Shown here: piece by piece, positions 18,649 to 28,571 of the stretch
How the letters are laid out: each line of letters begins with the position of its first letter
Position numbering within the stretch: the first letter of the stretch is position 1
Assembly: GCA_037481835.1 (NCBI GenBank)
Contig: JBBFKW010000005.1
Location: 96,001 to 160,000, forward strand
Direction: 5' to 3'
Source: Desulfosoma sp.
Lineage (GTDB): Bacteria; Desulfobacterota; Syntrophobacteria; Syntrophobacterales; DSM-9756
Length of the DNA stretch: 64,000 bases
The notes under the pieces: generated by a model
The model's input: the letters and a program-made list of their open reading frames with translations, nothing else
Database searches by the model: none
Told to the model about the DNA's origin: nothing
Made by a program: the position numbers and the translations under genes

Positions 18649-19737
18649 TCATCGCATGCGGTAGCCCTGAGGCCTTTCCCCCAAGACCACGGGCATCCGA
18701 TCCCGGCTTCCTTCCCAGTGGACCACGTCCAAAGTCACCTTGTCTCCAGGCCGATACCTTCGCAAGGCCCTCATGAAGTCTTCGGTGCTTTCCACCGCAG
18801 TGCCGTCCACGCCCACAATGATGTCTCCCCCCACAACGATGATGGAATTGCCGACCTGGGCCCGGGTTTTGCCGCCGCGAAGGCCCGCCTTGTCCGCCGG
18901 GCCTCCAGGGACCAACTCCACGATCATGGCCCCTTTGGACACGCTCAGCTGCAACGCGTCGGCAAGGCCGGGAGAGAGGGTCATGAGGGTCGCTCCGATC
19001 CACGGGTACCCGTAAGAGCCTTTTTCGATGAGCTCCTTGACGACTTGTTTGACGGTGTCGATGGGGATGGCGAATCCAATGCCCACATTGGCTCCCGTAG
19101 GACTGAAAATGGCCGTATTGACGCCGATCATGAACCCGGAGGAGTCGATGAGCGGGCCGCCGGAATTTCCGGGATTGATGGAAGCATCCGTCTGGATCAC
19201 GTCTTCCACCAAGGCGCCCCCCGGAGCCTGCAAGGTCCTGCCCACGGAACTGACCACCCCCGTGGTCAGGGTCTGCCCCAACCCGAAGGGATTCCCGATG
19301 GCCAAGACCTTCTGGCCCACCTTCAGGTCCTTGGAACTGCCCATGGGGATGACCGTCAAGTCCTTCTTGGGGGCATCGATCTTGAGAACCGCAATATCGC
19401 TGTTGGGATCGGAGCCGATGAATTTGGCCGGGTATTTCTTGCCGCTGAAAAGGGTGACTTCCAGCTTGCCAGCGTCTTCAATCACGTGGTGATTGGTGAG
19501 GATATAGCCCCGTTCATCAATCACCGATCCCGACCCGGCGCCTTGACGGGGCACGATGTTAAAGAAAAAGTCCCGTTCCAAAACCGTGCTCGTGATGTTC
19601 ACCACGCCGCGTGACAGCTTTTCGTAAAGTTCGATATTGTTCTTCTCATCCTCCGTGAGGCTCCAAGCCGTCCCTGGAACCGCCGAAATCGCCGCACACA
19701 CCCACAAGCTCCACACCACCAGCCTTCTTCTGCGCAT
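18649..19737 (-). CDS. HtrA-type serine protease (trypsin + PDZ) with signal peptide
   Basis: GSGSVI, ILTNHHV, DIAV, IQTDASINPGNSGGPL, one PDZ. Confidence 0.93.
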   Translation of the reverse strand: MRRRRLVVWSLWVCAAISAVPGTAWSLTEDEKNNIELYEKLSRGVVNITSTVLERDFFFNIVPRQGAGSGSVIDERGYILTNHHVIEDAGKLEVTLFSGKKYPAKFIGSDPNSDIAVLKIDAPKKDLTVIPMGSSKDLKVGQKVLAIGNPFGLGQTLTTGVVSSVGRTLQAPGGALVEDVIQTDASINPGNSGGPLIDSSGFMIGVNTAIFSPTGANVGIGFAIPIDTVKQVVKELIEKGSYGYPWIGATLMTLSPGLADALQLSVSKGAMIVELVPGGPADKAGLRGGKTRAQVGNSIIVVGGDIIVGVDGTAVESTEDFMRALRRYRPGDKVTLDVVHWEGSRDRMPVVLGERPQGYRMR

Positions 19738-19987
19738 CCGCCATCACCTCCGATTCGCCCGGACCGACGGTCCCACGGGGTCCAGCCGGCCGCCGCCACG
19801 GCTCCGTCCAGTGCCTTTTCTGAACTATGGCTCAAACCCCACCCCGTGCCTAGCACAAATTCTTTGATCCCATCTCCTGGGAAACGCTATTCTACCTCCG
19901 TCCCACGAGAGAGGAGCGGTCATGCCGTTAATTCGCACACAAACTACCAAAAACCCTTCGGGTTCGCAAACGGTGAAGGGATTTGCC

Positions 19988-20653
19988 ATGAGCTCTGCCG
20001 CGGCGCCGCTCGGTCGGCTTTTCGCCGAAGCCCTACGTCGCCTTCGAGAGGCCCATCCCTGGACGCACCTGGCGGCCCTCTTCGGTTCGCACATCTTGGG
20101 GGCGTTCTTCATCGACGGCTTCATAAGCAGCCGCCATCCCGGACGCCTCGCGGCTCTTTCCGCCCTTGGAGCGGGCTTGGCCGTCTGCCTTTGGGGCCGC
20201 AAGCGCTACCCCGAGATGCAATCTCCCCCATGGCTCCGCCTGCTCCCCGTCTTGTGCTATGCCTTTTTCATCACGGCCATGTCCCATGAGCCGCTTCGGG
20301 GGGTCCGCCTGCCGGTTTCAGGAAATGCCTTCCATCCCATCGTTTACGCGTGCTTGGCTGTTTTCTTGGGATGGCTCATGATTTCGCTTCTCTACCGCCG
20401 GCTTTTCGTCCCCTTCGGTTTCTGGGTCCTGGCGCCCGGCACTCTTTTCGCCATCTCGGATGAATGGCACCAGAGTTGGGTGCCGGGCCGGTGCAGCAGC
20501 GCACTGGACGTTTTTTTGGACGTCATGGGCTTGGGCATCGGCATAGGGGTCGTAATCTTTCTTCAACGGTGGGCTCCCCGATGGAACCCGAGAAGCGCGG
20601 GGCCCGCCCTTCAGGACCCCATGACGGTCAGGGTCACGGCCAACAAGCCATGA
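19988..20653 (+). CDS. VanZ-family membrane protein
   Basis: FHPIVYACL, SDEWHQSWVPGRCSSALDVFLD; start uncertain. Confidence 0.75.
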   Translation: MSSAAAPLGRLFAEALRRLREAHPWTHLAALFGSHILGAFFIDGFISSRHPGRLAALSALGAGLAVCLWGRKRYPEMQSPPWLRLLPVLCYAFFITAMSHEPLRGVRLPVSGNAFHPIVYACLAVFLGWLMISLLYRRLFVPFGFWVLAPGTLFAISDEWHQSWVPGRCSSALDVFLDVMGLGIGIGVVIFLQRWAPRWNPRSAGPALQDPMTVRVTANKP

Positions 20654-21093
20654 GCATAAAGTCCTGCGGCCACATCATCGGCGACGATGCCCAAGCCCCC
20701 TTTCAACTGACTGTCCAAGACGCACACGGGCCACGGCTTGAGGATGTCCATGGCTCGAAAATACAAGACGGCGAACAGGAGCGACATGGGTGTCACGGGA
20801 ATGCCGATGGTGGTCAACAAGAACCCTACGATTTCATCCAGGACTACCTCCCGCGGATCGTCCCGACCCAAACTCCTTTGGGCTTCCCCGCACACCCAAC
20901 AGGCACAAAGAAAGATAAGAGTGAGCACGATGCAGGCCCATCCATAGGGGAGGAGCGAGAGGATGGAAGCCAGTGGAACTCCGGCCGCCACTGTGGCTAC
21001 CGTGCCCGGAGCTTTGGGGGCTTTGCCCAAAAAGCCCAGTCGGGCGATCCTCACGACGATCGACCCCCGAATAACCTGGGCATCAAAGGACAT
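20611..21093 (-). CDS. pgpA: Phosphatidylglycerophosphatase A
   Basis: APGT, DPREVVLDEIVG, FRAMDILKPWP, GIVADDVAAG. Confidence 0.92.
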   Translation of the reverse strand: MSFDAQVIRGSIVVRIARLGFLGKAPKAPGTVATVAAGVPLASILSLLPYGWACIVLTLIFLCACWVCGEAQRSLGRDDPREVVLDEIVGFLLTTIGIPVTPMSLLFAVLYFRAMDILKPWPVCVLDSQLKGGLGIVADDVAAGLYAHGLLAVTLTVMGS

Positions 21094-21197
21094 GAAGGCT
21101 CCTTGAATGTCGTGTTTTGACGCCGCCGGTCATGGCCCCATTCCGGTTTACGGGAGCCATGCCGTTTCCGCGTCGGTTTATCGCACAGAGGTCTTCC

Positions 21198-24100
21198 ATG
21201 AACGAAAAGAGACACTCCGAGGACCTGGATCCCCGTTCGGCCTTCCGGATTATCACGCCGGAAGAGTATGCCCTTTACGGCATCAACCCTCAAGACATTC
21301 CCATGGGCACTTTCGCCGCCCACGACCATCCCTCTTTTCTGCTCAGCCCCTATGGCGGCAACGCCTACGGGTTTGGGCTGCTGGAACAAAACAAGCTGAA
21401 CTCCGACGACTACGATTTCCTCGAGCGCATCGACCTGAGCGACCGGCGGGTCATCATCCGTCACGTGGATCGCTTGAACGAGATCTATAAGAAACTCGGG
21501 CTCCTTATGCGCTTTTCCAGTCAGGGAGCCCCCTACTACCTCATTCCCATCAACCTGGTGGCCCAGTCCATCCAGGACGTCAAAGCCAAAGCGGAAGCCA
21601 TCGAGGAAGTCATTGCGGAGCATGCCCGCTCGACGGGTTCAGAACGGCTGGACATCGTCCTTTTCAGCACCGCCAAGGATCTCATCGCCCACGATTTGAC
21701 CGCCCGATTGTCCAGCCACAGGCTTTTTATCCTGGACGATATCCGGAAACTCAGGGCTTGGCGCACTTTTTTCGATATCGCCGTCTTTCCCCGCGATCCC
21801 TACGATTACCTGCTGGGACATCCGCTCCCCAAACCCACGCGGACCATGTCGCGAAAGAGGCGGTTGTTGCGCTACGCGGCCTACGTGGCGGGAAAGATTT
21901 ACGATCTACTGGAACCGTCGGGGAAGGTCGTCGTCCTCGCAAACTGTCCGGGGTGCGTGGAAAAAGCCTCCGACTACAGCGTGGAATTCCTCAGCGAGCT
22001 TGAAATCAAGAAATTTCTGCTGTTCGGCCACATCTTTAAGACCCACAAGCGATACACCTCGCAGGCCCGCCCCTTTCTCGTCCACCCCATGGATCTTCAT
22101 TTCTATCTCCAGCACGACCCCGTAACCGACAATCTTCTTCGGGAAACTTTCACAGGAACCCGCATCGATGATCTGTCATTGGAACAAATCGACCGCCTCC
22201 CGTACCTGGACCGCCCCATGCCTCTCCGATACCGAAAAGGCGCTCCGCTCCCTTGGGAAAAAGCCTTTGCGCCGTATTTCGATCTCCACATGGTGGGCAC
22301 CACAAGCACATGGGCCTACGAAGACCGCTGGGGAAAGCGCCTGCGCCTCGAGAAAGCATGGCCTAACGATCTTGGGGTTTTTGCCGGCCTCCCGCGTAAG
22401 GCGGCGGTGTCCCAAGAGGAGGTGGAGGAGGCCGCCAAGAAAGGCGGCATGATGGGATGCCAACCGGCGTTGACCGCATCCTACCGGAACTCTTTCCGCT
22501 ACGTCTGCGACGTCCTGGAAGCCTTGGCGAAAATACGGGATGGATTTCTCGTCCATATTGGTGAGGTGGAACGGGATCGCCTCGTCAATCCTTTCCGACG
22601 AAAAGAGCTCAGCGACCACGGATTCTTGCCCATCAGGCAGCTTTTGCGCCAGGTGAACAAATTGAAGGTCATCGAAGAGTCCCTGAACCCGGACCAGCTG
22701 GAAGGACCTTCCACACCCGTTTTGGAAAACCTGGAAAAACTCTCCCTCCACGGCTTCACTCCCGCTCAGCTCGTGGAACTCGTTCTCATCGTCACCGGCC
22801 ACAGCGCCATGAGCCGTATCGTTTTGGGCAAGATGCCCGCCAGAAATCTGAAACCTCTCACCGACGCCGCCTCCCACACCGAAGCCCATGTCATCGTGGA
22901 CCGGCTGCGCATCTGCCGGCTCATGACCGTCGCCGAAATCACGGCCTCTTTCGGACATCCCCTGACGGCGGCCCAAGCTGAAGAAATTTTTCGTATCTAT
23001 CACGACGCCGTGCGCGTTGCCACGAACCGGAACCTGGACTGGGACGCTCTGGAAGACCACCGGATCAGCGAAATGGGCGGGGTGCAATACAAGGCCCTTC
23101 GAGAAATGCTCAAATTCTTTAATCTATTCGACTTCCTTAACAATTGGCATGAATTCCTGGACAAAGGCCCTCTTGAGAGGGAAGTCTTGTGCGACTACGA
23201 CCCGGAAAAAGTCCTGGGGATCGAACAGGTCCTCCAGCTTGCCCGCATTGTCGATCGTTTTCGCTCTCGGGATCGGGACAGCTCCATCCCGCGCCAAACC
23301 TTTTTCTTCCGCCAGTTCCTCCAAACGGAGTTTCACGGCACGGGGCACCTCTTTCCTTCCCTGGGCCCTGAGCTGGGCTTCAAGCTGCTGTGGGTGACAG
23401 TCCAGGTCTGCCCCCATCGGATCGTCAATTTCAATCCCCTCTTGGCACCCATCCCTCCCGAGAAAAAACGGGCGCGATTGGAAAAGATCAAGGAAGCCCT
23501 TGGGAGCCTTCCCGTCGAAAGGATGCGGGAGGAACAGCTGGATGAGCTCCGGAGGAAACTCCTTTCGGGACACCCCACCTTTCTTCCCAATACAGGCCTT
23601 CGGCTTCACCACAATCCTGCCACCAAGGCCACCGATGTCTCCTTTGTGGACGTTCAGGAAAACCTCGAACTCATCGAGGAGCTCTTGGGGCGCTTCGAGA
23701 GCTTGAAACTGCAGGACTTAAGCCTTAAGGACGTGACCAACCTTGAAAGGCTCTTTTCAGAAATATCCAGCTACAAGATATACTTGACCGAAGAAGGGCA
23801 AAGTGAACCGGACATGCACCAGGAAGGGCCTCCAAGCCCGTCCCTCATGGGTCTGAGGCTCGCTTACATCGAAAACAGAATTCGGCACGTTTTCCTTTCC
23901 CAGATCCTCGTCCCGGAAGAAATCTTCAACACGGTGAGCCTCCTGGTGGAACACTGCCCCAACCTCCTCCGCTTCGTCATGCCCGAACTCCATCGCCTCG
24001 GCCAGCTTATGGAACACCGCCCGACGCGAAAGCGCCAGTCGGTGGGAACGTACGTCATGCGATGCCTCGGCAAGTTCCAGGCCCTCATCCTCAAGGATCG

Positions 24101-25901
24101 GGAAAGCTTCCAGGATCTCAACACATTCTATCAAATGGCCAAGCAGGAATTCGGCCCTCTGGCGGCAGAAGATATCGGCGCCAAACACCACCAGTTGGAA
24201 ACCCTGGAGCACTTGGTGGAGCGGATCCAGGAGGAACGGCCCCTCTTATACCAAGCCTTGACACTGGCGTTGCTTTTTCAAGACCTGGGCAAGTTGGACA
24301 CCTACACCGAAGAGCACAAAATCCTCGGACGCATCTGGACTCATGCGGAACGCAGCGTCCACATCCTGCACCACCGGGGGATTCTGGGCCAGTACGGACT
24401 GAAGGAAGAAGTCAAGGCACTGACCTTTGAACTCATTCGCCATCACGGCCTCATCGGTCACGTCATTCAAGGCTCAGAGCCTGCATCCGCCATCTCCCGC
24501 CTGACCGAAACCGACGATAAGGATCTTCTGGACGCCTACGTCCTGCATGCCGTTCTCGCAGCGGCATCCGTGGAAGAAGGCCTTATGACGGAAGATCTGC
24601 TGGACCTCTTTTTGGAATACCGCCATGCAGGCCTCCATGTGATCAAGACGGGCAGTTCCTGGAACGAACACTTCAAAGATAAACTCCGGGACAAGGGCCG
24701 CGCCGTCCTTTACGGATCGGAATCCGTTCGGGAAATTTTGTCCTTTCAGGTTTCCCGTGACGAGATCCCGAGGGTTTACGGACGGGAAGCCGAAGTGGAT
24801 GAGCTCTTGTGGTGCGGCCGGCAAATCGAGGCTTTCGAAAGGCTCTTACGCCTCATGGGCGTGGCTTGGGTGGATTTTCATGATCTCCAAATGCACTTTA
24901 TGAATGTCCCGGTGGCCTTCATCCACCACCAAAAAGGCCTTCGTAGTCTGGGGGTGGATCACTTCAAGAGGTCCTTTTCCCAGTCCTTGGAAATTTTTGA
25001 AGCGCTGCAGCGACTGCCGGCCCCCTTCAGGGCCTATCTCCTTTACAGCCTGGATCCTTACGGGGGGGCGTTTCGCATCTATGACTTTCAGAACCTTCCC
25101 CCCTTCCTGTCGGTGGAAGCGTCCCTGAAGATGCTTGCCGTCGGCGTGGCGGCATACCACCGGCATTTCCCCGGAAAACCCAAAGGAGGACTTGTAAGTT
25201 TTCGTCCGCTCGGCCGGGCCGTACGATACCGGCATGAAACGCTGGAGCAGCACTTGACCGGTCTTTCCCTCGAAAGTCCCGCCGACTGGGGCGCATCGGC
25301 CTCGTCGCCGCAGATTCTGGATGAGTTCCTTTTCATCGAAACCAGCCCGTTCGGCCCCGGTGTTCGATTGGCCTTTCGAGGGAGCGTCCAGGTCGAGGCC
25401 CTCATTCGCTCCATTGCGCAGGCGGATACGCATGAAGAACTCCGGCGTCTCTACAGAGAACAAATGAAGAAAATGCAAAGCTTTCCTTTTACGACCCCGG
25501 AACAAATGGAAAGCGTCAAAGCGGCCTACCACAAGCGCATGGCGGAAATCAGCCGATCCCTCCTGTTTTCCATCCAAAACGACCTGGCTCGTCTGTCCTC
25601 TTTCGCCGAATTGGATGCCTTCCGCTCCAGACTGACCGATTTGCTTCCCAAAGCGGCTCTCTCGGAAGAAGATCATTTCCTGATCCAAGAGATGCTGGAC
25701 CACCACCGCGGTCGGCTTCGCGATGCCTTCTTGACGCACGTGTCCGAAAAGCTGCAGAGGCTGGAGGACAGGGAAGCTTTGATCGCCTATTGGAACGAAG
25801 TCAAACAAGACCTGTTCCGCTTCCGGCACGACATCGGCAAAGAATACGAAGCCATGATCGCCTCGTACATCGACACCAAGCTGCAGCGCACGGAACCCTA
25901 G
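21198..25901 (+). CDS. Large hypothetical protein (~1570 aa) with degenerate HD-like domain
   Basis: Long ORF with RBS before ATG 21198; LLFQDLGK...HAERS...LIRHHG resembles HD domain with HD changed to QD. Confidence 0.75.
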   Translation: MNEKRHSEDLDPRSAFRIITPEEYALYGINPQDIPMGTFAAHDHPSFLLSPYGGNAYGFGLLEQNKLNSDDYDFLERIDLSDRRVIIRHVDRLNEIYKKLGLLMRFSSQGAPYYLIPINLVAQSIQDVKAKAEAIEEVIAEHARSTGSERLDIVLFSTAKDLIAHDLTARLSSHRLFILDDIRKLRAWRTFFDIAVFPRDPYDYLLGHPLPKPTRTMSRKRRLLRYAAYVAGKIYDLLEPSGKVVVLANCPGCVEKASDYSVEFLSELEIKKFLLFGHIFKTHKRYTSQARPFLVHPMDLHFYLQHDPVTDNLLRETFTGTRIDDLSLEQIDRLPYLDRPMPLRYRKGAPLPWEKAFAPYFDLHMVGTTSTWAYEDRWGKRLRLEKAWPNDLGVFAGLPRKAAVSQEEVEEAAKKGGMMGCQPALTASYRNSFRYVCDVLEALAKIRDGFLVHIGEVERDRLVNPFRRKELSDHGFLPIRQLLRQVNKLKVIEESLNPDQLEGPSTPVLENLEKLSLHGFTPAQLVELVLIVTGHSAMSRIVLGKMPARNLKPLTDAASHTEAHVIVDRLRICRLMTVAEITASFGHPLTAAQAEEIFRIYHDAVRVATNRNLDWDALEDHRISEMGGVQYKALREMLKFFNLFDFLNNWHEFLDKGPLEREVLCDYDPEKVLGIEQVLQLARIVDRFRSRDRDSSIPRQTFFFRQFLQTEFHGTGHLFPSLGPELGFKLLWVTVQVCPHRIVNFNPLLAPIPPEKKRARLEKIKEALGSLPVERMREEQLDELRRKLLSGHPTFLPNTGLRLHHNPATKATDVSFVDVQENLELIEELLGRFESLKLQDLSLKDVTNLERLFSEISSYKIYLTEEGQSEPDMHQEGPPSPSLMGLRLAYIENRIRHVFLSQILVPEEIFNTVSLLVEHCPNLLRFVMPELHRLGQLMEHRPTRKRQSVGTYVMRCLGKFQALILKDRESFQDLNTFYQMAKQEFGPLAAEDIGAKHHQLETLEHLVERIQEERPLLYQALTLALLFQDLGKLDTYTEEHKILGRIWTHAERSVHILHHRGILGQYGLKEEVKALTFELIRHHGLIGHVIQGSEPASAISRLTETDDKDLLDAYVLHAVLAAASVEEGLMTEDLLDLFLEYRHAGLHVIKTGSSWNEHFKDKLRDKGRAVLYGSESVREILSFQVSRDEIPRVYGREAEVDELLWCGRQIEAFERLLRLMGVAWVDFHDLQMHFMNVPVAFIHHQKGLRSLGVDHFKRSFSQSLEIFEALQRLPAPFRAYLLYSLDPYGGAFRIYDFQNLPPFLSVEASLKMLAVGVAAYHRHFPGKPKGGLVSFRPLGRAVRYRHETLEQHLTGLSLESPADWGASASSPQILDEFLFIETSPFGPGVRLAFRGSVQVEALIRSIAQADTHEELRRLYREQMKKMQSFPFTTPEQMESVKAAYHKRMAEISRSLLFSIQNDLARLSSFAELDAFRSRLTDLLPKAALSEEDHFLIQEMLDHHRGRLRDAFLTHVSEKLQRLEDREALIAYWNEVKQDLFRFRHDIGKEYEAMIASYIDTKLQRTEP

Positions 25902-26000
25902 GAGGCTGTCCGAGAACTCGATTCTTGCCGATCTGAGCAACGTAAATTCAAATAGTTAGGATGCCATAAAGCACCAAAATCGGCATTCTCGGACAAGCTC
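25902..26000. mobile_element. MITE-like element, copy 1 (99 bp)
   Basis: 15-bp terminal inverted repeats GAGGCTGTCCGAGAA / TTCTCGGACAAGCTC (13/15 match), flanked by CTAG. Confidence 0.75.
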
Positions 26001-26004
26001 CTAG

Positions 26005-26103
26005 GAGGCTGTCCGAGAACTCGATTCTTGGCGATCTGAGCAACGTAAATTCAGATAGTTAGGATGCCGTAAAGCACCAAAATCGGCATTCTCGGACAAG
26101 CTC
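26005..26103. mobile_element. MITE-like element, copy 2 (99 bp)
   Basis: Direct repeat of copy 1 with 3 substitutions, flanked by CTAG. Confidence 0.75.
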
Positions 26104-27504
26104 CTAGGCGGTGTCGGACGACGGCACATCCTGAGATTCTTTGAGGGGCAAGATAAAATAAATCGTGTTGCCGTACTTTTTCGGCTCGCACCCCACCTCC
26201 CCGCCGTGGATTTCCACTACGTTTTTCACAAAGTGCAAGCCATGCCCGGTGCCTTTTTCCCGACCCACATTGGATGCGCGAAAGCCCTCATCGAAGAGTT
26301 TCTGTGCTTCCTCAGGGGAAAGGGGCCTTCCTGTGGTGAAGATGCTGAATCGGACGCCGTGGATTCCATCGGCGAAATGATTTTTCAAGATATTTCGGTC
26401 GTAGGAAACCATCTTGATCTTTTGGCCCCGCGCATCTTCCACCTCTCGGGTGTACTTGACGGCGTTGGAAAAGAGATTTTCAAAAACCTGGGAAATCAGA
26501 CCCTTGTCGACAAAGAGCGTCACCTCCTCGTCGGGGATATCCCCCAGCTTGTTGTCCACCGTGATGCCGGCCTTGGCAAAGATGGGAATGTAGCGTTCCA
26601 GGAGCGGCTGGATGATCTCCGTTCGGAAATTGCACGGCTGACGCCGCAAGACATAGGTCCCCTTTTCGAAATGATCCCGGCGCAACAGGGTTTCCAGGAA
26701 CAAGCTGGTGTGTTCGTAATGTTTTTTCAAAGCGTGATATTCTTCTTCCAGTTCGTCGTTATCCGTGGACAGCAGATGATACATTTCGCACAATTCGCGG
26801 CACAAGGTGCTGTCCTGAGTCTGGGTGAACATGATAAGATCCCTGAGCTTTTCCTGGAGTTCCCTGTAATTTTCTATGGCCTTTTTAAGCCGCAAAAGAA
26901 AAAGTTTATAATAAAGGTTCGGGGAGATGACGTTGTGTTCGATGTCCGCGACGAGCTGGTTGATGAATTTGATATGCTGAATGTTTTGTTGGAGAAGGAG
27001 CTTTTGGTGCAGGTTATACCCGATGCGGTTGCTGAATTTTTCAAGAAAGAAAAGCCCTTTGTCGTCCACCCGGTCCTTGGGATAGATTTCGAAGAGCCCC
27101 AGGATCGCGTGGCCGCTGGCGAAGGGAAGCCATTGGGTTAGGGCCACGTTGCCGCGGATGGGGAGGATGTAAGAGTGATCGGTTTCCGTGATTTTCTCGG
27201 AAAGGGGCGGCACCGTTCGATCCGCCCCTTGGGCCTCGGAGATCAACCCCTCTTCACTGGTGCACACCTTCTCCAACCGCCCGCTCTTGGAATGAAGCAC
27301 GTAGAGGCGGCTTTCCAAGTTGAAGAACTCTTTGGGCACCGTGACGCAAATGAGGTAGAGGTTCTCCAGGCTTGTGTATTCTTGGGCCAGGTCGAAGAAG
27401 GTGGCGAAGGCCTCTTCTTGAAGCCTTTCGAAATTGTATCGTTCGTAGGCCGATTTCTTTTCGCGCACCCGCGCGGCCATTTCCTCAAGGGCTTTCTGAC
27501 TCAT
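26104..27504 (-). CDS. Orphan cytoplasmic sensor histidine kinase-like protein
   Basis: HATPase boxes NLFSNAVKY, LFDEGF, GTGHGL; atypical H-box DIEHNVISP; no obvious TM segment. Confidence 0.8.
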   Translation of the reverse strand: MSQKALEEMAARVREKKSAYERYNFERLQEEAFATFFDLAQEYTSLENLYLICVTVPKEFFNLESRLYVLHSKSGRLEKVCTSEEGLISEAQGADRTVPPLSEKITETDHSYILPIRGNVALTQWLPFASGHAILGLFEIYPKDRVDDKGLFFLEKFSNRIGYNLHQKLLLQQNIQHIKFINQLVADIEHNVISPNLYYKLFLLRLKKAIENYRELQEKLRDLIMFTQTQDSTLCRELCEMYHLLSTDNDELEEEYHALKKHYEHTSLFLETLLRRDHFEKGTYVLRRQPCNFRTEIIQPLLERYIPIFAKAGITVDNKLGDIPDEEVTLFVDKGLISQVFENLFSNAVKYTREVEDARGQKIKMVSYDRNILKNHFADGIHGVRFSIFTTGRPLSPEEAQKLFDEGFRASNVGREKGTGHGLHFVKNVVEIHGGEVGCEPKKYGNTIYFILPLKESQDVPSSDTA

Positions 27505-27545
27505 GAATGCCGCCGCTCCCCATGCCGCCCCCCTGCGGAGGCTTC

Positions 27546-28571
27546 TCATGCCAACGGAAATTCCAACTCGGATTTCAGGTCCCGTTCCATAAGGTCCCAG
27601 ACGGCCTGACGCGGGTCCTTGCCTTCCTGGAGGATTTTGTACATTTGCTCGCAGATGGGCATCTCCACGCCCATTTTTCGGGCGAGCTCGTGCACCGAGG
27701 TGCACGTGCGGATCCCTTCCGCCACCATGCGCATATCGGCCAAAATGTCTTTCAACAGTTCCCCGCGTCCCAAGCGATAGCCCACGGTGCGGTTTCGGCT
27801 GAGATCCCCCGTGCAGGTCAACAGGAGGTCGCCGATTCCTGAAAGACCGGCAAATGTCAGAGGATGGGCTCCCAGGCGAACTCCGAGGCGGGTGATTTCC
27901 GCAAGGCCCCGAGTGATCAGGGCCGCCCGGGTGTTGAGCCCGTAGCCCAGGCCGTCGCAGACACCGGCGGCGATGGCGATGACGTTTTTGAGGGCCCCGG
28001 CAAGTTCCACACCCACCTTGTCCGGGCTCGTGTAGACGCGAAAATACGGCGTATGAAACACGTGCTGCACTTCTTTGGCCGTTTCCAAATCTTCCGCGGC
28101 CACCGTGACGGCCGTGGGGGTTTTCTGCATCACTTCCCGGGCGAAAGATGGTCCGGCCAGGGTGACCACCCGAACGCCCAAAGACTCCGGAAGGATTTCC
28201 TTCCAGATTCCAGACATGGTCAAAAGCGTCTCGTTTTCAATCCCCTTGGTGGCCGAAACGATAATGGCCTTTTCCTCAATGTGGGGAACCATCCGGACGG
28301 CCACGGACCGATACACGTGGGACGGCACCACCATGACGAGCAGGCGTCGGCCGGCTGTTACGGCCGAAATGTCATTGGAGGGCCTAATACGCCCACTTAA
28401 AGGAAAGCCCGATAGGTACAGCGTGTTCTCCCGCGTCTTTCGGATCGTTTCGCACAGGTCTTTTTCGAAGACCCACAGGTCCACTCCGTAACCCTTCTCC
28501 CCTAGGAGATGGGCAAGCGTCGTTCCCCAACTGCCCGCCCCGATCACCGCGATGCGCGTCTCGCCGCTCAC
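27546..28571 (-). CDS. gpsA: NAD(P)H-dependent glycerol-3-phosphate dehydrogenase
   Basis: [38 protein letters not shown]. Confidence 0.96.
   Translation of the reverse strand: MSGETRIAVIGAGSWGTTLAHLLGEKGYGVDLWVFEKDLCETIRKTRENTLYLSGFPLSGRIRPSNDISAVTAGRRLLVMVVPSHVYRSVAVRMVPHIEEKAIIVSATKGIENETLLTMSGIWKEILPESLGVRVVTLAGPSFAREVMQKTPTAVTVAAEDLETAKEVQHVFHTPYFRVYTSPDKVGVELAGALKNVIAIAAGVCDGLGYGLNTRAALITRGLAEITRLGVRLGAHPLTFAGLSGIGDLLLTCTGDLSRNRTVGYRLGRGELLKDILADMRMVAEGIRTCTSVHELARKMGVEMPICEQMYKILQEGKDPRQAVWDLMERDLKSELEFPLA

Noticed and set aside
25898..26107. Possible CRISPR array
   Set aside because: Two near-identical 103-bp units without unique spacers and no cas genes; terminal IRs fit a MITE
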